From assembly GCF_036588685.1 (NCBI RefSeq), contig NC_086378.1, positions 83,018,001-83,082,000 of the forward strand: a stretch of 64,000 nt of DNA, in the 5' to 3' direction. The notes beneath the pieces are model-generated. The model was not told where the DNA came from, did no database searches, and saw nothing but the letters and a program-made list of their open reading frames with translations. This DNA is from Mytilus trossulus. Taxonomy: Eukaryota. Of the stretch, positions 1-14,500 are shown in pieces. The position numbers were made by a program, and so were the translations under genes. Positions within the stretch are counted from its first letter, which is position 1, and each line of letters starts with the position of its first letter.

Positions 1-304
1 TAATACATGGTATAAGTTTCTATCAAAACTAAATAACAAACTGTTCCCATCGATTGATTTTTGTTGAAGTCTTATGGAGATGTTGAGCACACAATTGGTA
101 TTTGACAATGATGTAATACATCCTTTTCAAAACGCTTTTTGGCCAACGTTAAAGTTCATACATGAAATTATCTTTGTATTTAGCAATTGTGTGTTGTATC
201 AATAAAAACATAAAAACATACGATTTATATTATATGCACTAGTAAATGCCTTCATTTGAATTTTAGGCGACTGTCATAAAAGTTAGAGGTATAGCTAGCT
301 ATAA

Positions 305-622
305 ATAAACTCTTCACAGATACCAAGACTAAATTTTGTATATACGCCAGACGCGTGTTTTGTCTACAAAAGACTCACTAGTGACGCTCGAATCCAAAAA
401 AGTTAAAAAGGCCAAATAGCGTACGAAGTTGAAGAGCATTAAGGTCCAAAATTCCTAAAAGTGTTTCCAAATTCATCTAAGGTAATCTATGCCTGAGGCA
501 GAAAAGCCTTTGTATTTCGAAAATTCAAAATTTTGTTAACAGTTAATTTATAAATATAACCATATCAATGATAATTCATGTCAGCACACAAAAATGCTGA
601 CTACTGGGCTGGTGATACCCTC
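305..622 (-). mobile_element. Retrozyme-like repeat monomer (family HH-A) with a degenerate hammerhead ribozyme at 344-390
   Basis: The minus strand reads gagcgtcaCTAGTGAgtcttttgtagacAAAAcacgcgTCtggcg, a mutated form of the intact motif at 58916-58961. The body is shared with the copies at 3495-3757, 44505-44830 and 63841-64000. It interrupts a family-C dispersed repeat (gctagctataaa | ggttcaa...cctgtaccaagtcagg). Confidence 0.7.
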
Positions 623-3494
623 GGTTCAATTCATCATTTTCTACATAAGAAAAATGCCTGTACCAAGTCAGGTATATGACAGTTGTTGTCCATTCCTTTG
701 AAATGTCTGTGCTATTAATTTTGTAATTAGATGAGGCATTTCTTTGTTGGATAAATTAAATTGTGATATCAAATTTAAAATACTCATAGCTGGAATTGTG
801 TGGATTTATGATATTAGACCATAATAAGAGTCATGCAAACGAATTTCAATCAAATATAAATATACTTTTGATAATAAAATACGCTTTGTTGAAAAATATG
901 TTAACAATATTTACATAATGTATTTTGACATTACTAGATATTTTATTCGCATAAATCCATGCAAGTACAAATGTTACAGAGAAGTTAGAAAATAATACAC
1001 ATAATGACAAAATTAAAAATGTATTAAAAATGCATAAAATTTCGAATGTTTTACTAATGTGATTTATCTCAGTGTTTTTACTTTCATGAACAACACAAGA
1101 GGTGCCACAGGTATCCACATGGGGCTTCTGAGTGGAGTTCATCCCAATTTGTAGTTAGGTTGCATCTTCATTCGTCTGTTTTAAGTGTACGGTTTTGTTG
1201 TCGTTTTGCTTTTTGTACATGATGGTTGATTTGTCTTCTTCAATTGCATCGCTGGGGTTGGAAGTATTTAAATATAGCCAAGATTTTGCTGAAAAACCAG
1301 AGAATTTGATATAGAGACTTTTGTTACAATATTTTAAACATAGATTACGCACGTGTTTTTAAATAATGTGCTGGCGTTTGTTGTTTACATAAAGTCCTTA
1401 ACAGTCTTTACATTCTCACTTTCTAAACTTGTTCAATGCTATCGTTGCTAGAACTGCACGTAATAATCGTATGTATATCGAGCACTTATTTGATAAATAT
1501 GTGAGTACAAGAGGAAAAGCTACGGATTTTCTCTAAAATTGCCACATGTTTAGCATAGAAAAGAAGGATATTTAATCTTTAAGCAAATAAATTAACATCG
1601 ACATAATTTTATAAATTCCTGTCTTTCAAAGGTTTGGGTTCGAGCGTGCATAATGCAGTTAACGCCATGAATATGAAATTCATAAATAATGTTTTTTATT
1701 AAAATTATGTCCTACACTTGTATTATAAATTATATAATATGAACTTGCGGGCTTTGCTCATTGTTGAAGGCCGTACAATGATCTATAGCTGGTAATTTCT
1801 ATGTCATTTGGACTTTTGTGAATAAATGTGTCATTGACAATCATACCACATGTTCCTTTCTATATTAAAATATTCGGTTTGCAGTGATGATTTAGAAAAC
1901 AAATCTTTGGAAGACAGAAAAATAAATTGATGTACCATTTGCGTGTTAAGAATTGTGTTTGTTGAGTCAGTGCCGCTTGAAGCTAAGTACTTGAAATCCA
2001 AATGTTAAACATCGTGCCGAGTTAAATCAAAGATAAACCATAAAAAATCTAGAATTAATTAGGAACATCTGTGCATCGGGAGGATTGTCTTATAATTCTG
2101 GATTATCGCTCTCAAGTCAGGAGAAAGATTTACTTAATCAATATGATGCTAGTGATATCATAGCAGAATAGCGTTAAACCTGCAATAACACAAACTGTAA
2201 GATAAACAAAATAAAGGTATACAATCTGCCAAAGATTGAAAACTTTGTAACAATAATGTATCAAACATTTTTCAGTGATACTTATTCTAAAAAAAATTAT
2301 AAAACCTAAGGAGGAAATTAAAAGTTGTAATATAAATGTACTTAACATCCTCTGATATATGAGTCGTATTATTAAAAAAATGCAAACGGAAGTTTTTGTT
2401 ATCTTTTTAAAGTTTATTAAAAAATATAAATATATAATGCATAGAAAACATTAAAATGATTTGGTTTTTGTGTATGGGTGTGAGGGGAGAGGGTAACACT
2501 TATTCAAGTGATTTGGATTGAATTTATGTTTATTGAATCGATCATAAAACGAATGCACACAATAATAACTAAAAAGTAAAATCACAAAAAAAACGAACTC
2601 CGAGGAAAATTTTAAAAGAAAGGCCCTTATCAGATGGCAAAATAAAAAAATCAGACACATCAAACGAATAGATAACCTGCCATGGTACAGATATGTTCTT
2701 ATTTAGAAAATGATGGATTAAACCGGGTTTAGTAGCTATATAATTTTTGTTTGTTTGTCCATATATAACCTAACACACGATAATATAAAAATAACGCTTA
2801 ATAAATTGTACGCATCAAAATTGCTTCCTTGGATTTACCTTCATCAGAAACGCTCAAATGCGAATATATCAAAGCTTAGGATGAATTTCAACCAAAAAAA
2901 GAGAAAGATTTAACTTAAAATAATGACACAATCTAACAGGGAATAAACGTTATTGGCCAGCCTCGTTAAGCAAGCAATTCCAATTAACAAAACCACTTGC
3001 GAAAATGAAATGAAGAAACAACTGCAACTTCGTACTTTTCTGATTTGGTTACTAGATTGTGTACCAGTATTTTAAAAAAACAAACTTTGTAGCAGGTAAT
3101 CTATGTAATGACATATACATGTTTGAAATTAGCTGTTTCAACTTATCAGCCTGGCAAAAATATAACTACAATTTCTAGTTGCTCATCAAATTGTTTTACA
3201 TGATTACGTCCATAACTAGCCGACTTTGTCCGGTTAGTTTTGTCAAAATAGCTGAAACAAAATGTATCTTTAGGAGCTCTTTTTTTCAATGAGTCAAAAA
3301 GGTACTAGAAATTTAAATAACAAAGATCGACAACTTACCTTTCAGTCACAAACAACATGAATTTCATGTCTGTCAGGTTGACAAAAATTTGTCTTTTAAA
3401 AACGATCTTTACAATACAAATAAGTGTGGCAACTGAAGTTTGAGTTTTAATCCATAAAATATCACATATTTACAAATTAATATTTTTTTATTAA

Positions 3495-3757
3495 TAGTTC
3501 CAGGATTATAATTTAGGACGCCAGACGCGCGTTTCATCTACATAAGACTCATCAGTGACGCTAATATCAATAAATTTATAAAGCAAAACAAGTTAAAAGT
3601 TGAAGAGCATTGAGGATACAAAATTTCAAAAAGTTGTGCTAAATACGGCTAAGGTAATCTATGCCTGGGATAGGAAAATCCTTATTTTTTCGAAAAAATC
3701 AAAGTTTTGTAAACAGGAAATTTATAAAAATGATCACATTATTAATATTCATGTCAA
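3495..3757 (-). mobile_element. Retrozyme-like repeat (HH-A) with a near-intact type I hammerhead at 3518-3562
   Basis: The minus strand reads agcgtca CTGATGA gtct-tatgt-agat GAAA cgcgcg TC tggcg. The core is intact and the stem II closing pair is G-U. The copy ends at the left edge of the tandem duplication. Confidence 0.75.
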
Positions 3758-4244
3758 CGGTGCTTATTTAATTATTTTTTTGTCAATTTTTATACAACGC
3801 TAAAAGTAAGTCATAGGTTGCTTAGTGTTTTGAGAAAAATATTAGCATTCAAATGAACCATGTTAAAGTTATAGTTCTAGAAATTGAAAATACTCGTCTG
3901 GGTCGTCTCCATGTTTCGATCCTAGAACACATAGCTTATTATGCGGTATGGGTTTTGTTTTTTGTTCAAGGCCATTTGTAACCTATAGCTGTTAATATAA
4001 TGTAATTTCTAATTGGCAATCATACTATATATTTTCGTTTTATATATTTCGTTTCCTGCATGGACATTTAAATTGATTTTCAGATTTAATTATACTGGAG
4101 AAGTATGCAATGTACATGCATGTAGCAAGGGTTTTTTTTATAATTTTTAATCAGCTGTTACATGTGGTTTATCTCCGGATCTTCAAGATAAATCTCGACA
4201 GATGTAAACTTCCGGAGAAATTAGAAAATGGATATTGTTGTTAA

Positions 4245-4832
4245 GGTTCATCATAACCTTTTGGCTAAAATGGCCATATTTACACCCAAATTTTACTCTG
4301 AGCACAGACTAACCTGTACACATGGAACAGTTTTGAGGGATGGCAGGAACTAGATATATAAATTTTAAATGCATTTAATGTTTCAGATAATTATAATCTT
4401 TTCTAGATTTGCCTATCCATTTTTTTTCGTTCCTGCAGAAGGTGCCAAAATTAACTAAGTAGTGAAAACGATTGAGAAGCTCCCCTCATATAATCAATGT
4501 TGTGAGTAGTATTGATTTAAATGGACAATAGATGGACAATAGACACCTGTAGACAATAGGTGATTTAACAGGTTTAAACTGTGTAACTGAGTGGACCGTA
4601 TCAAATGAAACTCGGGTGTTTGTTTATTTTGCTATCTTCTGCAGACTGGAAAAAAATGCACATCAAAATGCAGGTAAGTTTTTAATTTTCTGAAACGTAG
4701 ACTTCATATAACTTTTATATATCTAGTTCCTGCCATGCCTTAAAACTTTCCTGGATGTACCAGTTTGTCTGTACTCATAGTAATTTTTGAGGCGTAAACA
4801 CGGCCATATTTTTCAATTCCTTATGATGAACC
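4245..4832. mobile_element. Non-autonomous DNA transposon (MITE), Kolobok-like, with TTAA TSD
   Basis: TTAA|GGTTCATCATAA...TTATGATGAACC|TTAA, with long imperfect internal inverted repeats (ggcaggaactagatatataaa / tttatatatctagttcctgcc). The empty site ttgttgTTAAggctg is present at 8451-8465 in the duplicate copy. A TTAA TSD with 5'-RR termini fits Kolobok rather than piggyBac. Confidence 0.85.
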
Positions 4833-6777
4833 TTAAGGCTGAAGTTTTCTGCGTTTAGTATTACCAACCATTCTTTTTTCTTCTGTTCATTGATTTTAGT
4901 GGTATCCTTACTATTTTTGTCCCACATATCTTATTTAATATCTTATATATCTTATTTAATACATTTACTTCGTAATTTCAGAGACTCGGGCATAATATCC
5001 AGAATCTGGAATCAGTTTTACCTGCTATTTTCCACATCTGTTGATTTTCTCTGAACGTATTTCCTACGAAAGCGACTTTAAAGCGTAAATGCCACGAACC
5101 GTTTATATATCTATGGCAAAACCATTGACACAATTCTTTAAATACATACATGTAAACTGAGTACTGAATGATATTTAGATTGTGAATAAAAGTATTTCAA
5201 ACAAATATGATTATATTCCAACTTCGTTACATAGGTAATCCATAATTCAGCAATATCTGTAATAATAGATGGTTAATGAAAAGAATGGAAACTCACGTTG
5301 TACGAATATTAATTCACTTTTTGACGGTTCGTCGTTTTCGGGTGTTTTTTGTCGTGATTTCTGCATATCTTTCGTTTCTGTTGTACGTCACTATAATGGA
5401 TAGTGCTACTTCAATTTTACCATAATATGTGTGTTTCCCTAGAATGAGTGACAATTATTTCAATGAAATGCAAGGTATTGTTTTGTAAATCAAATTAAGC
5501 TATGAATTTGATATACAAGATTGTGAAAACGGAAGACAAATTTTAAATTTCTAATAACAGTTATTGACCGATTTTATAATTTTATCTTAAAAAAAGATTT
5601 TGTTAAATAGTATTCCTCGCTTTACAGTTTGTTAAGCAGCGTGATTTTACCAGGGTAAACGGATACATGTCTGAAGAACAACATTAACCAATATTTCTGT
5701 AGGGATAAGCATCATGAAACATTATCCAAAATATGGAAGATTTGCACAATGTGAAAAAAAAATCATCGAGGAGCAGATGGCATATCTTTTTTAATTTCTA
5801 TTTCTGCAATTTATAACTATTATGAACTATAACAGTAAATATCAATGCCTAATGTGTGGGTATATATTTTTTTTATAATCAAATGTTGTTTACATAAAGG
5901 AACGCTTTTAAAAACAACTAAAATCACATGAAACTCGTACACATTGTAGAAAGTAACGATTTATTCATAAAAAATATATTCATATCTTTTGTTGAACTGA
6001 CGCTAAGAAAAAAACTTATCAAAAATATAGAACTTAAGTTACTTAATTAGTTATACTAAATTATGAAGCTATAACACATTCAATACATATCATGTGTATG
6101 AACAGTGTATCAAACCATCAAACTAACGTTTGTTCATGTTGTTACTGAAAGTAAGTTCTTTGTCAATTATGATTTCCCCTATATTTCCAGTTCGCTTACA
6201 ATTTTCCTCAACTAATTTTATCTCGTAATGCGTTTGGTTATCGTTCCGATCAAAACATTTTGCATTATCTGCAAATGATGTATTTGAATCGATCTGTAGT
6301 TGACTTATGCATGTGATTCTCGTTTTTGTTCCTTCTGATTAATTTTTGTCTCAAACTTTGATAATGGCAAAACAAAAATACTGATATTGAGAATATATAG
6401 AGATATAAAAAGTGCATAATGTTGGTATGGTCATTAGTAGGATTATATTGTTTGATTTTGTCTAAAAACTTTCGATTTTCTACCATTGGAAAAGATTACT
6501 TATAAAGTGGTTGGTAACACCTTTTGGAAATGTGGATTTTCAATGCTGTCTAATTTCGTTCTACATTTTGAGGTCCCTGGTGAGTCGTTTTAAGACGAAA
6601 TTTGTTATTCTAATGGACATCATCTTTATAATTTTATCGTTTTCTATTTCAATAAAGTGTTCAGTTTTCGAAAGGACTTTTTATAAAAACGCATTATCAA
6701 GAACAGTTCCGACTCCAATGCAATTTAGAAATAGGATATCCATAAAAACTGACAAAATTCAACAACACAACGAAATA

Positions 6778-6995
6778 CTGTAAAGCAACTTATTTTGGCG
6801 AGCGATTTATATTCACGACTTCGGCTAGTCAAAAAATAACGCGAATATAAATCGTCGCGAATATGTCAATCTTTGATCTTTCCTTAATAAACTTCATCAA
6901 GTAAATCAGATAATCGTGAAATTGAATAGCCGAGAAGTGGTCAAGAAAGGGTAAAACGGGAAATAAAGTATCTGCAAAAATAAGTTGGTTTACAG
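6778..6995. mobile_element. Tc1/mariner-type MITE with TA TSD
   Basis: TA|CTGTAAAgCAACTTATTTT...AAAATAAGTTGgTTTACAG|TA. Confidence 0.8.
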
Positions 6996-9900
6996 TAATG
7001 TGGGGGAGGACTGCCATAGTCCTGAATTAATAAATACATTAACCGATGAAAACTGTTGATTAAACTTTGTTTAAAGCTAGCTCAACCTCCCATTTTCATG
7101 TCAGTTGTTTACTAGTATGACAGATGTTTATAGTTTCGTTATATTGAAAAATTAAACTAGCAACCCGAACAGAAACTTTGAACGTAAAATCATAAAAAAA
7201 ATCTTTTACTAAAGTCAAAATTCAAAACATTGAAACTCATATATATATATGTAAATGATAAATGGAATCTACCACTGCATCGATTGTCTTGCGATTTTAC
7301 AAGTTGTTTCTTTTCTTTAAAACGCGATGATTGCCAATGGTTTAAATGCAACTGTCGAATATGGAATACAGTCGTATTTTTAGCTATTATACTGTGCTGT
7401 GAAATCGTTAAGATTACAGAATGTGTCTCCCTAATGCATGTTTTCTTTTCTTTTCAAGATATTGCTACTGGTTTTTTTTCTTTTCAGATATATCGGTTTT
7501 TCAATGTGTAAATTGGGTTAATACTTTGGCCTTAAGCATTACCAAAGAGACATTACTAGTCGAAATGTGCATCTACTACAGTATAATTGGTTCCGTTATA
7601 TGTTTTCAATAACAATTATTGAATAATAATTACATTAGATGTGTGTTTCATTGTAATTCTTTATTTTGATTGGCTTACTGCACATCACGTGTTATTCCGT
7701 AAGCAATTGCATCACTCAATAAAACTTTTCATTCATGATAACACGTGGTCCCACAATAAAGTGCACAGGTGAATAAACTATAAAATTTATAAAACTCGTG
7801 TTTTCATGATCATAGCTAAAAAATGTAATTATAAGTATTGAATGCTTCTTTTTGTAACTTTATAGTGTTGTAAAAGCGTTGACCGTGTGCACATTTTTAG
7901 CATGAAGCGCTTCCGCGCTTCATACAAAATGTACTTCGGTCAACGCTTTTACACCCCAATAAATTCAAATCAACGGTGCTTATTTAATTATTTTTTTGTC
8001 AATTTTTATACAACGTTATAAGTAAGTCATAGGTTGCTTAGTGTTTTGAGAAAAATATAAGCATTCAAATGAACCATGTTAAAGTTATAGTTCTAGAAAT
8101 TGAAAATACTCGTCTGGGTCGTCTCCATGTTTCGATCCTAGAACACATAGCTTATTATGCGGTATGGGTTTTGTTTTTTGTTCAAGGCCATTTGTAACCT
8201 ATAGCTGTTAATATAATGTAATTTCTAATTGGCAATCATACTATATATTTTCGTTTTATATATTTCGTTTCCTGCATGGACATTTAAATTGATTTTCAGA
8301 TTTAATTATACTGGAGAAGTATGCAATGTACATGCATGCAGCAAGGTTTTTTTTTATAATTTTTAATCAGCTGTTACATGTGGTTTATCTCCGGATCTTC
8401 AAGATAAATCTCGACAGATGTAAATTTCCGGAGAAATTAGAAAATGGGTATTGTTGTTAAGGCTGATGTTTTCTGGGTTTGTTATTACCAACCATTCTTT
8501 TTTCTTCTGTTCATTGATTTTAGTGGTATCCTTACTATTTTTGTCCCACATATGTATATCTAATTTAATACATTTAATTCGTTATTTTCAGAGACTCGGG
8601 CATAATATCCAGAATCTGGAATCAGTTTTACCTGCTATTTTCCACATCTGTTGATTTTCGAAATGCGACTTTAAAGCGTAAATGCCACGAACCGTTTATA
8701 TATCTATGGCAAAATCATTGACACAATTCTTTAAATACATACATGTAAACTGAGTACTGGATGATATTTAGATTGTGAATAAAAGTATTTCAAACAAATA
8801 TGATTATATTCCAACTTCGTTACATAGGTAATCCTTAATTCAGCAATATCTGTAATAATAGATGGTTAATGAAAAGAATGGAAACTCACGTTGTACGAAT
8901 ATTAATTAACTTATTGACGGTTCGTCGTTTTCGGGTGTTTTTTTGTCGTGATTTCTGCATATCTTTCGTTTCTGTTGTACGTCAATATAATGGATAGTGC
9001 TACTTCAATTTTACCATAATATCGCATGTGTGTTTTTCCTAGAATGAGTGACAATTATTTCAATGAAATTCAAGGTATTGTTTTGTATATTAAATTATGC
9101 ATTGAATTTGATATACAAGATTGTGAAAACGGAAGAGAAATTTTAAATTTCTAATAACAGTTATTGACCGATTTTATAATTCTATCTTAAAAAAAAGATT
9201 TGGTCAAATAACATTCCTCGCTTTACAGTTTGTTAAGCAGCGTGATTTTACCAGGGTAAACGGATACATGTCTGAAGAACAACATTAACCAATATTTCTG
9301 TAGGGATAAGCATCATGAAACATTATCCAAAATATGGAAGATTTGCACAATGTGAAAAAAAAATCATCGAGGAGCAGATGGCATATCTTTTTTGATTTCT
9401 ATTTTTGCAATTTATAACTATTATGAACTATAACAGTGAATATCAATGCCTAATGTGTGGGTATATATATTTTGTTATAATCAAATGTTGTTTACATGAA
9501 GGAACGCTTTTAAAAACAACTAAAATCACATGAAACACGTACACATTGTAGAAAGTAACCATTTATTCATAAAAAATATATTAATATCTTTTGTTGCACT
9601 GACGCTAAGAATTTTTTTTATCAAAAATATAGAACTTAAGTTACTTAATTAGTTATACTAAATTATGAAGCTATAACACATTCAATACACATCATGTGTA
9701 TGAACAGTGTATCAAACCATCAAACTAACGTTTGTTCATGTTGTTACTGAAAGTAAGTTCTTTGTAAATTATGGTTTCCCCTATATTTCCAGTTCGCTTA
9801 CAATTTTCCTCAACTAATTTTATCTCTTAATGCGTTTGGTTATCGTTTCGATCAAAACATTTTGCATTATCTGCAAATGGTGTATTTGAATCGATCTGTA

Positions 9901-10378
9901 GTTGACTTATGCATGTGATTCTCGTTTTTGTTCCTTCTGATTAATTTTTGTCTCAAACTTTGATAATGGCAAAACAAAAATACTGATATTGAGAATATAT
10001 AGAGATATAAAAAGTGCATAATGTTGGTATGGTCATTAGTAGGATTTTAATGTTTGATTTTGTCTAAAAACTTTCGATTTTCTACCATTGGAAAAGATTA
10101 TTTATAAAGTGGTTGGTAACACCTTTTGGAAATGTGGATTTTCAACGCTGTCTAATTTCGTTCTACAGTTTGAGGTCCCTGGTGAGTCGTTTTAAGACGA
10201 AATTTGTTATTCTAATGGACATTATCTTTATAATTTTATCGTTTTCTATTTCAGAAAATGTTCAGTTTTCGAAAGGACTTTTTATAAAAACGCAATATTA
10301 AGAACAGTACCGTCTCCAATGCAATTTAGAAATAGGATATCCATAAATACTGACAAAATTCAACAACACAACGAAATA

Positions 10379-10597
10379 CTGTAAAGCAACTTATTTTTGG
10401 CGAGCGATTTATATTCACGACTTCGGCTAGTCAAAAAATAACGCGAATATAAATCGTCGCGAATATGTCAATCTTTGATCTTTCCTTAATAAACTTCATC
10501 AAGTAAATCAGATAATCGTGAAATTGAATAGCCGAGAAGTGGTCAAGAAAGGGTAAAACGGGAAATAAAGTATTTGCAAAAATAAGTTGGTTTACAG
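10379..10597. mobile_element. Tc1/mariner-type MITE, duplicate of 6778-6995
   Basis: Same TIRs and TA flanks, lying inside duplication copy 2. Confidence 0.8.
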
Positions 10598-11224
10598 TAA
10601 TGTGGGGGAGGACTGCCATAGTCCTGAGTTAATAAATACATTAACCGAAGAAAACTGTTGATTAAACTTTGTTTAAAGCTAGCTCAACCTCCCATTTTCA
10701 TGTCAGTTGTTTACTAGTATGACAGATGTTTATAGTTTCGTTATATTGAAAAATTAAACTAGCAACCCGAACAGAAACTTTGAACGTAAAATCATAAAAA
10801 AATTCTTTTACTAAAGTCAAAATTCAAAACATTGAAACTCATATATATATATGTAAATGATAAATGGAATCTACCACTGCATCGATTGTCTTGCGATTTT
10901 ACAAGTTGTTTCTTTTCTTTAAAACGCGATGATTGCCAATGGTTTAAATGCAACTGTCGAATATGGAATAAAGTCGTATTTTTAGCTTTTATACTGTGCT
11001 GTGAAATCGTTAAGATTACAGAATGTGTCTCCCTAATGCATGTTTTCTTTTCTTTTCAAGATATGGCTACTGTTTTTTTTCTTTTCAGATATATCGGTTT
11101 TTCAATGTGTAAATTGGGTTAATACTTTGGCCTTAAGCATTACCAAAGAGACAGTACTAGTCGAAATGTGCATCTACTACAGTATAATTGGTTCCGTTAT
11201 ATGTTTTCAATAACAATTATTGAA

Positions 11225-11592
11225 TAATAATTACATTAGATGTGTGTTTCATTGTAATTCTTTATTTTGATTGGCTTACTGCACATCACGTGTTATTCCG
11301 TACGCAATTGCATCACTCAATAAAACTTTTCATTCATGATAACACGTGGTCCCACAATAAAGTGCACAGGTGAATAAACTATAAAATTTATAAAACTCGT
11401 GTTTTCATGATCATAGCTAAAAAATGTAATTATAAGTATTGAATGCTTCTTTTTGTAACTTTATAGGGTTGTAAAAGCGTTGACCGTGTGCACATTTTTA
11501 GCATGAAGCGCTTCCGCGCTTCATACAAAATGTACTTCGGTCAACGCTTTTACACCCCAATAAATTTACAAATAGAAGAATTCAATTCTCAA
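11225..11592 (+). mobile_element. Non-autonomous element ending in a ~150-bp hairpin (11438-11586); truncated copy at ~7625-7965
   Basis: attgaatgcttctttttgtaactttatagggttgtaaaagcgttgaccg...atgaagcgc-ttcc-gcgcttcat...cggtcaacgcttttacaccccaataaatttacaaatagaagaattcaat. The 5' part contains tgattggct. Confidence 0.6.
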
Positions 11593-14500
11593 ATGAAGAC
11601 TCGTGATTACTTTCCGGTTAATATACACATGATACAATCTCCTAGTAGAAATTTACGGAAAGTCTCGGTACCAACTATGGACAATCCCTTTGATTTAATA
11701 GATGAAGATAAAATGAAAGTCTCGTCTCAAATATGAGTTTTTCTGGAACTACCGCTCCATCTTAAAAACTTCAACAACTCTGGCTACAGGCGTGTAATTA
11801 TAACTGAAACAGTTAAAATAGTCCCTGTATTATCTAATTACTACTACAATTAAATATTAATCAGTATGTTGATTTTCACTGTTATTAATATAAGTAAGAT
11901 AAGTCATACAAGTCATACAAATCTAATCTTGAATTCCATACAAATCTAATCTTGAATTCCATCCAAATTCTTTTTTAATTTTCGGGATACGTTTTAGAAA
12001 TTTAAATGTGATGTCACTTTGGGCGTTGCATTGACTATGGCTAACAGGGCTATGATTATAGTTTTGTGTGTACGTAGTACGCGTCTGGCGTATACAAATA
12101 TTTTTTAACCTGTTATCTTTTGATGGCTATAATTCGTTTGTTTCTCTGTCCTATATTTTCTCCCATTTATCTGTTTATTTATTGTAACCTTGTTGTGTAA
12201 TGTTGTCATTTTAATGTTATAATTAACACTGCCATTAAAGCGGGAGGTTTGACATGCCACAAAACCAGGTTCAACCAACCATTATTCATAAAATGCCATG
12301 TACCGAGTCCGGAAAATGGCCATTGTTACATTACAGTTCGTTTCTGTGTGTTACATTTCGGTGTCGTAGTTCTCTTACATTTGATACGTTTCCCTCAGTT
12401 TTAGTTTGTAACCCGGATTTGTTTTTTCTTGGTCCATTTATGAATTTTTAACAGCGGTATACTGCTGTTGCCTTTATTAACGATGGTCTTACGATTTAAA
12501 ATACGTTACATTATTTCACAAACACTACCGACTTTAATTAAATTTAATGATGGGACAAACATGAAAACTGTTAGGAGTGTTATATCGTATTCCTTTTTTA
12601 GCTGCACTATTTAAACCAAAAGCTGTGGCTGTCCCAGCTAGCCTCCTGTGGTATCTAGCACATATTGACCCTACTAACCAAAAATATGCGACGTATATTA
12701 TTTACCCTTCTTTCCAAAAATATTCGACGTCTATTATTTTCTGGTTTTAACTTCAAACAAGCAACAATCTCGTATGTGGCTATTGATTGTTTAAATTTTT
12801 TTATTGTGTTGTTAATGTTTACCATATACGGTCTACATAGGCAAAGGAAAAGGTGTGAACGGTCGTAAAACTGGTTTGCTATGGTCCTTTTATTATTATT
12901 AATTACTGTTTACAAAAGTATCAATTAATCGAAATACAAAGGTTTTTTTTTTTTTATCTTAGCCATAGAATACCTTAGCCAAATTTGGCACAACTTTTAT
13001 GAATTTTGGTTCCTCAATGCTCTTCAACTTTATAAGCTAAGGCTGGTACCTTTGCGAATTATTTACGATATTCTGCAAACATCATACCAAGACTTACATT
13101 GCCTTCTACAAATTCATCAATTTGGGGTATTATGAAAACTAGAAGGAACAAGAAAGGTACACAATTTATTGTTAACTGACTAAAAAAAGTCTTGTAAAAA
13201 ACATTGATCAGTCTTATAGTGGAAGATAAAGTTTATATATTATATAATCTGTGACAATGCACTTCCTTATGATCGTTGTACCTGGTCTCATCTCTTCCAA
13301 GTTCATGCAGTTTCCTTTATGTATTATGTAAAAAAAAAAAACTGATTCAACATAGGTTTTCTTACAATTCTTCAACGGTTGACTTATTGAGTGTGTATTG
13401 CTTCCATAAATCTTTCTAATAGATTACTTCAATCTGCTGTTGCGAAACTCTAGTAAAATAGCTATCACATGAGTATAATATTTCAAGAGTGGGAATTGTG
13501 ATAAAACATCACATTAAAAAGAAAATGTGTAATCGCTAATTATATGATAGTTGCATGCTGCATAAAAACAAAAAAAATGATCCTTTTAATACGCAAGTTG
13601 TTTAATAAAAGATTAACTGAAACAATTGTATGCTTCATTTATTTTTTATTCATTGTTTATAAAGCATTTACTCTGATCTGATGTTTTAGAAACCTGGTGG
13701 CATAGATATAAGATGGAACAAGTTCAAAATCAATAATTAAGTGGTTAAATTATATTTATATGAGAGAAACATTCATATTTGAATCTCAATATCAATCACA
13801 AAAAATGAAAAGAAAAAAAGCTAAGTATTTTCAACATCTCTTCCTCTGAACCTTTTGTTGTCTGAAAGGTCGTTTCTGTTTGACTGTCCCTTTGGTATCT
13901 TTCGTCCCTCTACTGCTTATTCATAAAACAGTTTCTTACCAATAGAAATGCTAACCGCAAGCATCTAAATGTCGTTCTAGGTTTTAAAATATTGTCTACT
14001 TTTTCCAAAAGACAAGTTCGAATAATACAAATCAGCGTAGTAAAATTAATGAATATACTGGTCAACATATTATGTTTTGCTTGGTTTATTGGTATTTTAA
14101 TAGGCAGTGTGTATTTAAATGAATTATTATAATATAAAGCTGCTTTTGCATCTAAACTTTATTACAGAGTGGAATAACGGGTGTATAATCGCATATAACA
14201 CAACTCACTAAAAAGGTGTTTTCATATAAAGCTGAGCGTCCTGTTCATCTAAACCTTTTTGTGTCAATATATTTTTCTACAAATTAATTCATTGCTTCTC
14301 TTTAAACTTCTTTATTTGATTTATTCTTGAACGAATCATCCTGGTTATGTCATGATTAGTAAGCAACAGTTATCAATTAATTAATCAATCATGTTTATAG
14401 GTTGGCTAGACAACAATGTAAGATATAATGTTTCTATTTGTCAAAGCTCGTATTACAAAAGAATTCCACTTCAGTCCTTTATAAGTGACACTTTATTTTA

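Larger units (their letters stand above)
3754..11566. repeat. Direct tandem segmental duplication: copy 1 at 3754-7965, copy 2 at 7970-11566
   Basis: Both copies start tcaacggtgcttatttaattatttttttgtc and end acaccccaataaatt. They are colinear with scattered substitutions and small indels. Copy 1 carries an extra 588-bp MITE. Confidence 0.95.

Noticed and set aside
1080-5375. Possible minus-strand exons with good donors (GTGAGT at ~5296, AG|GTAAGT at ~3338) and an acceptor near 1289
   Set aside because: Joining them gives only short peptides ending in early stops with no recognisable domain. Splice-like motifs are frequent by chance.
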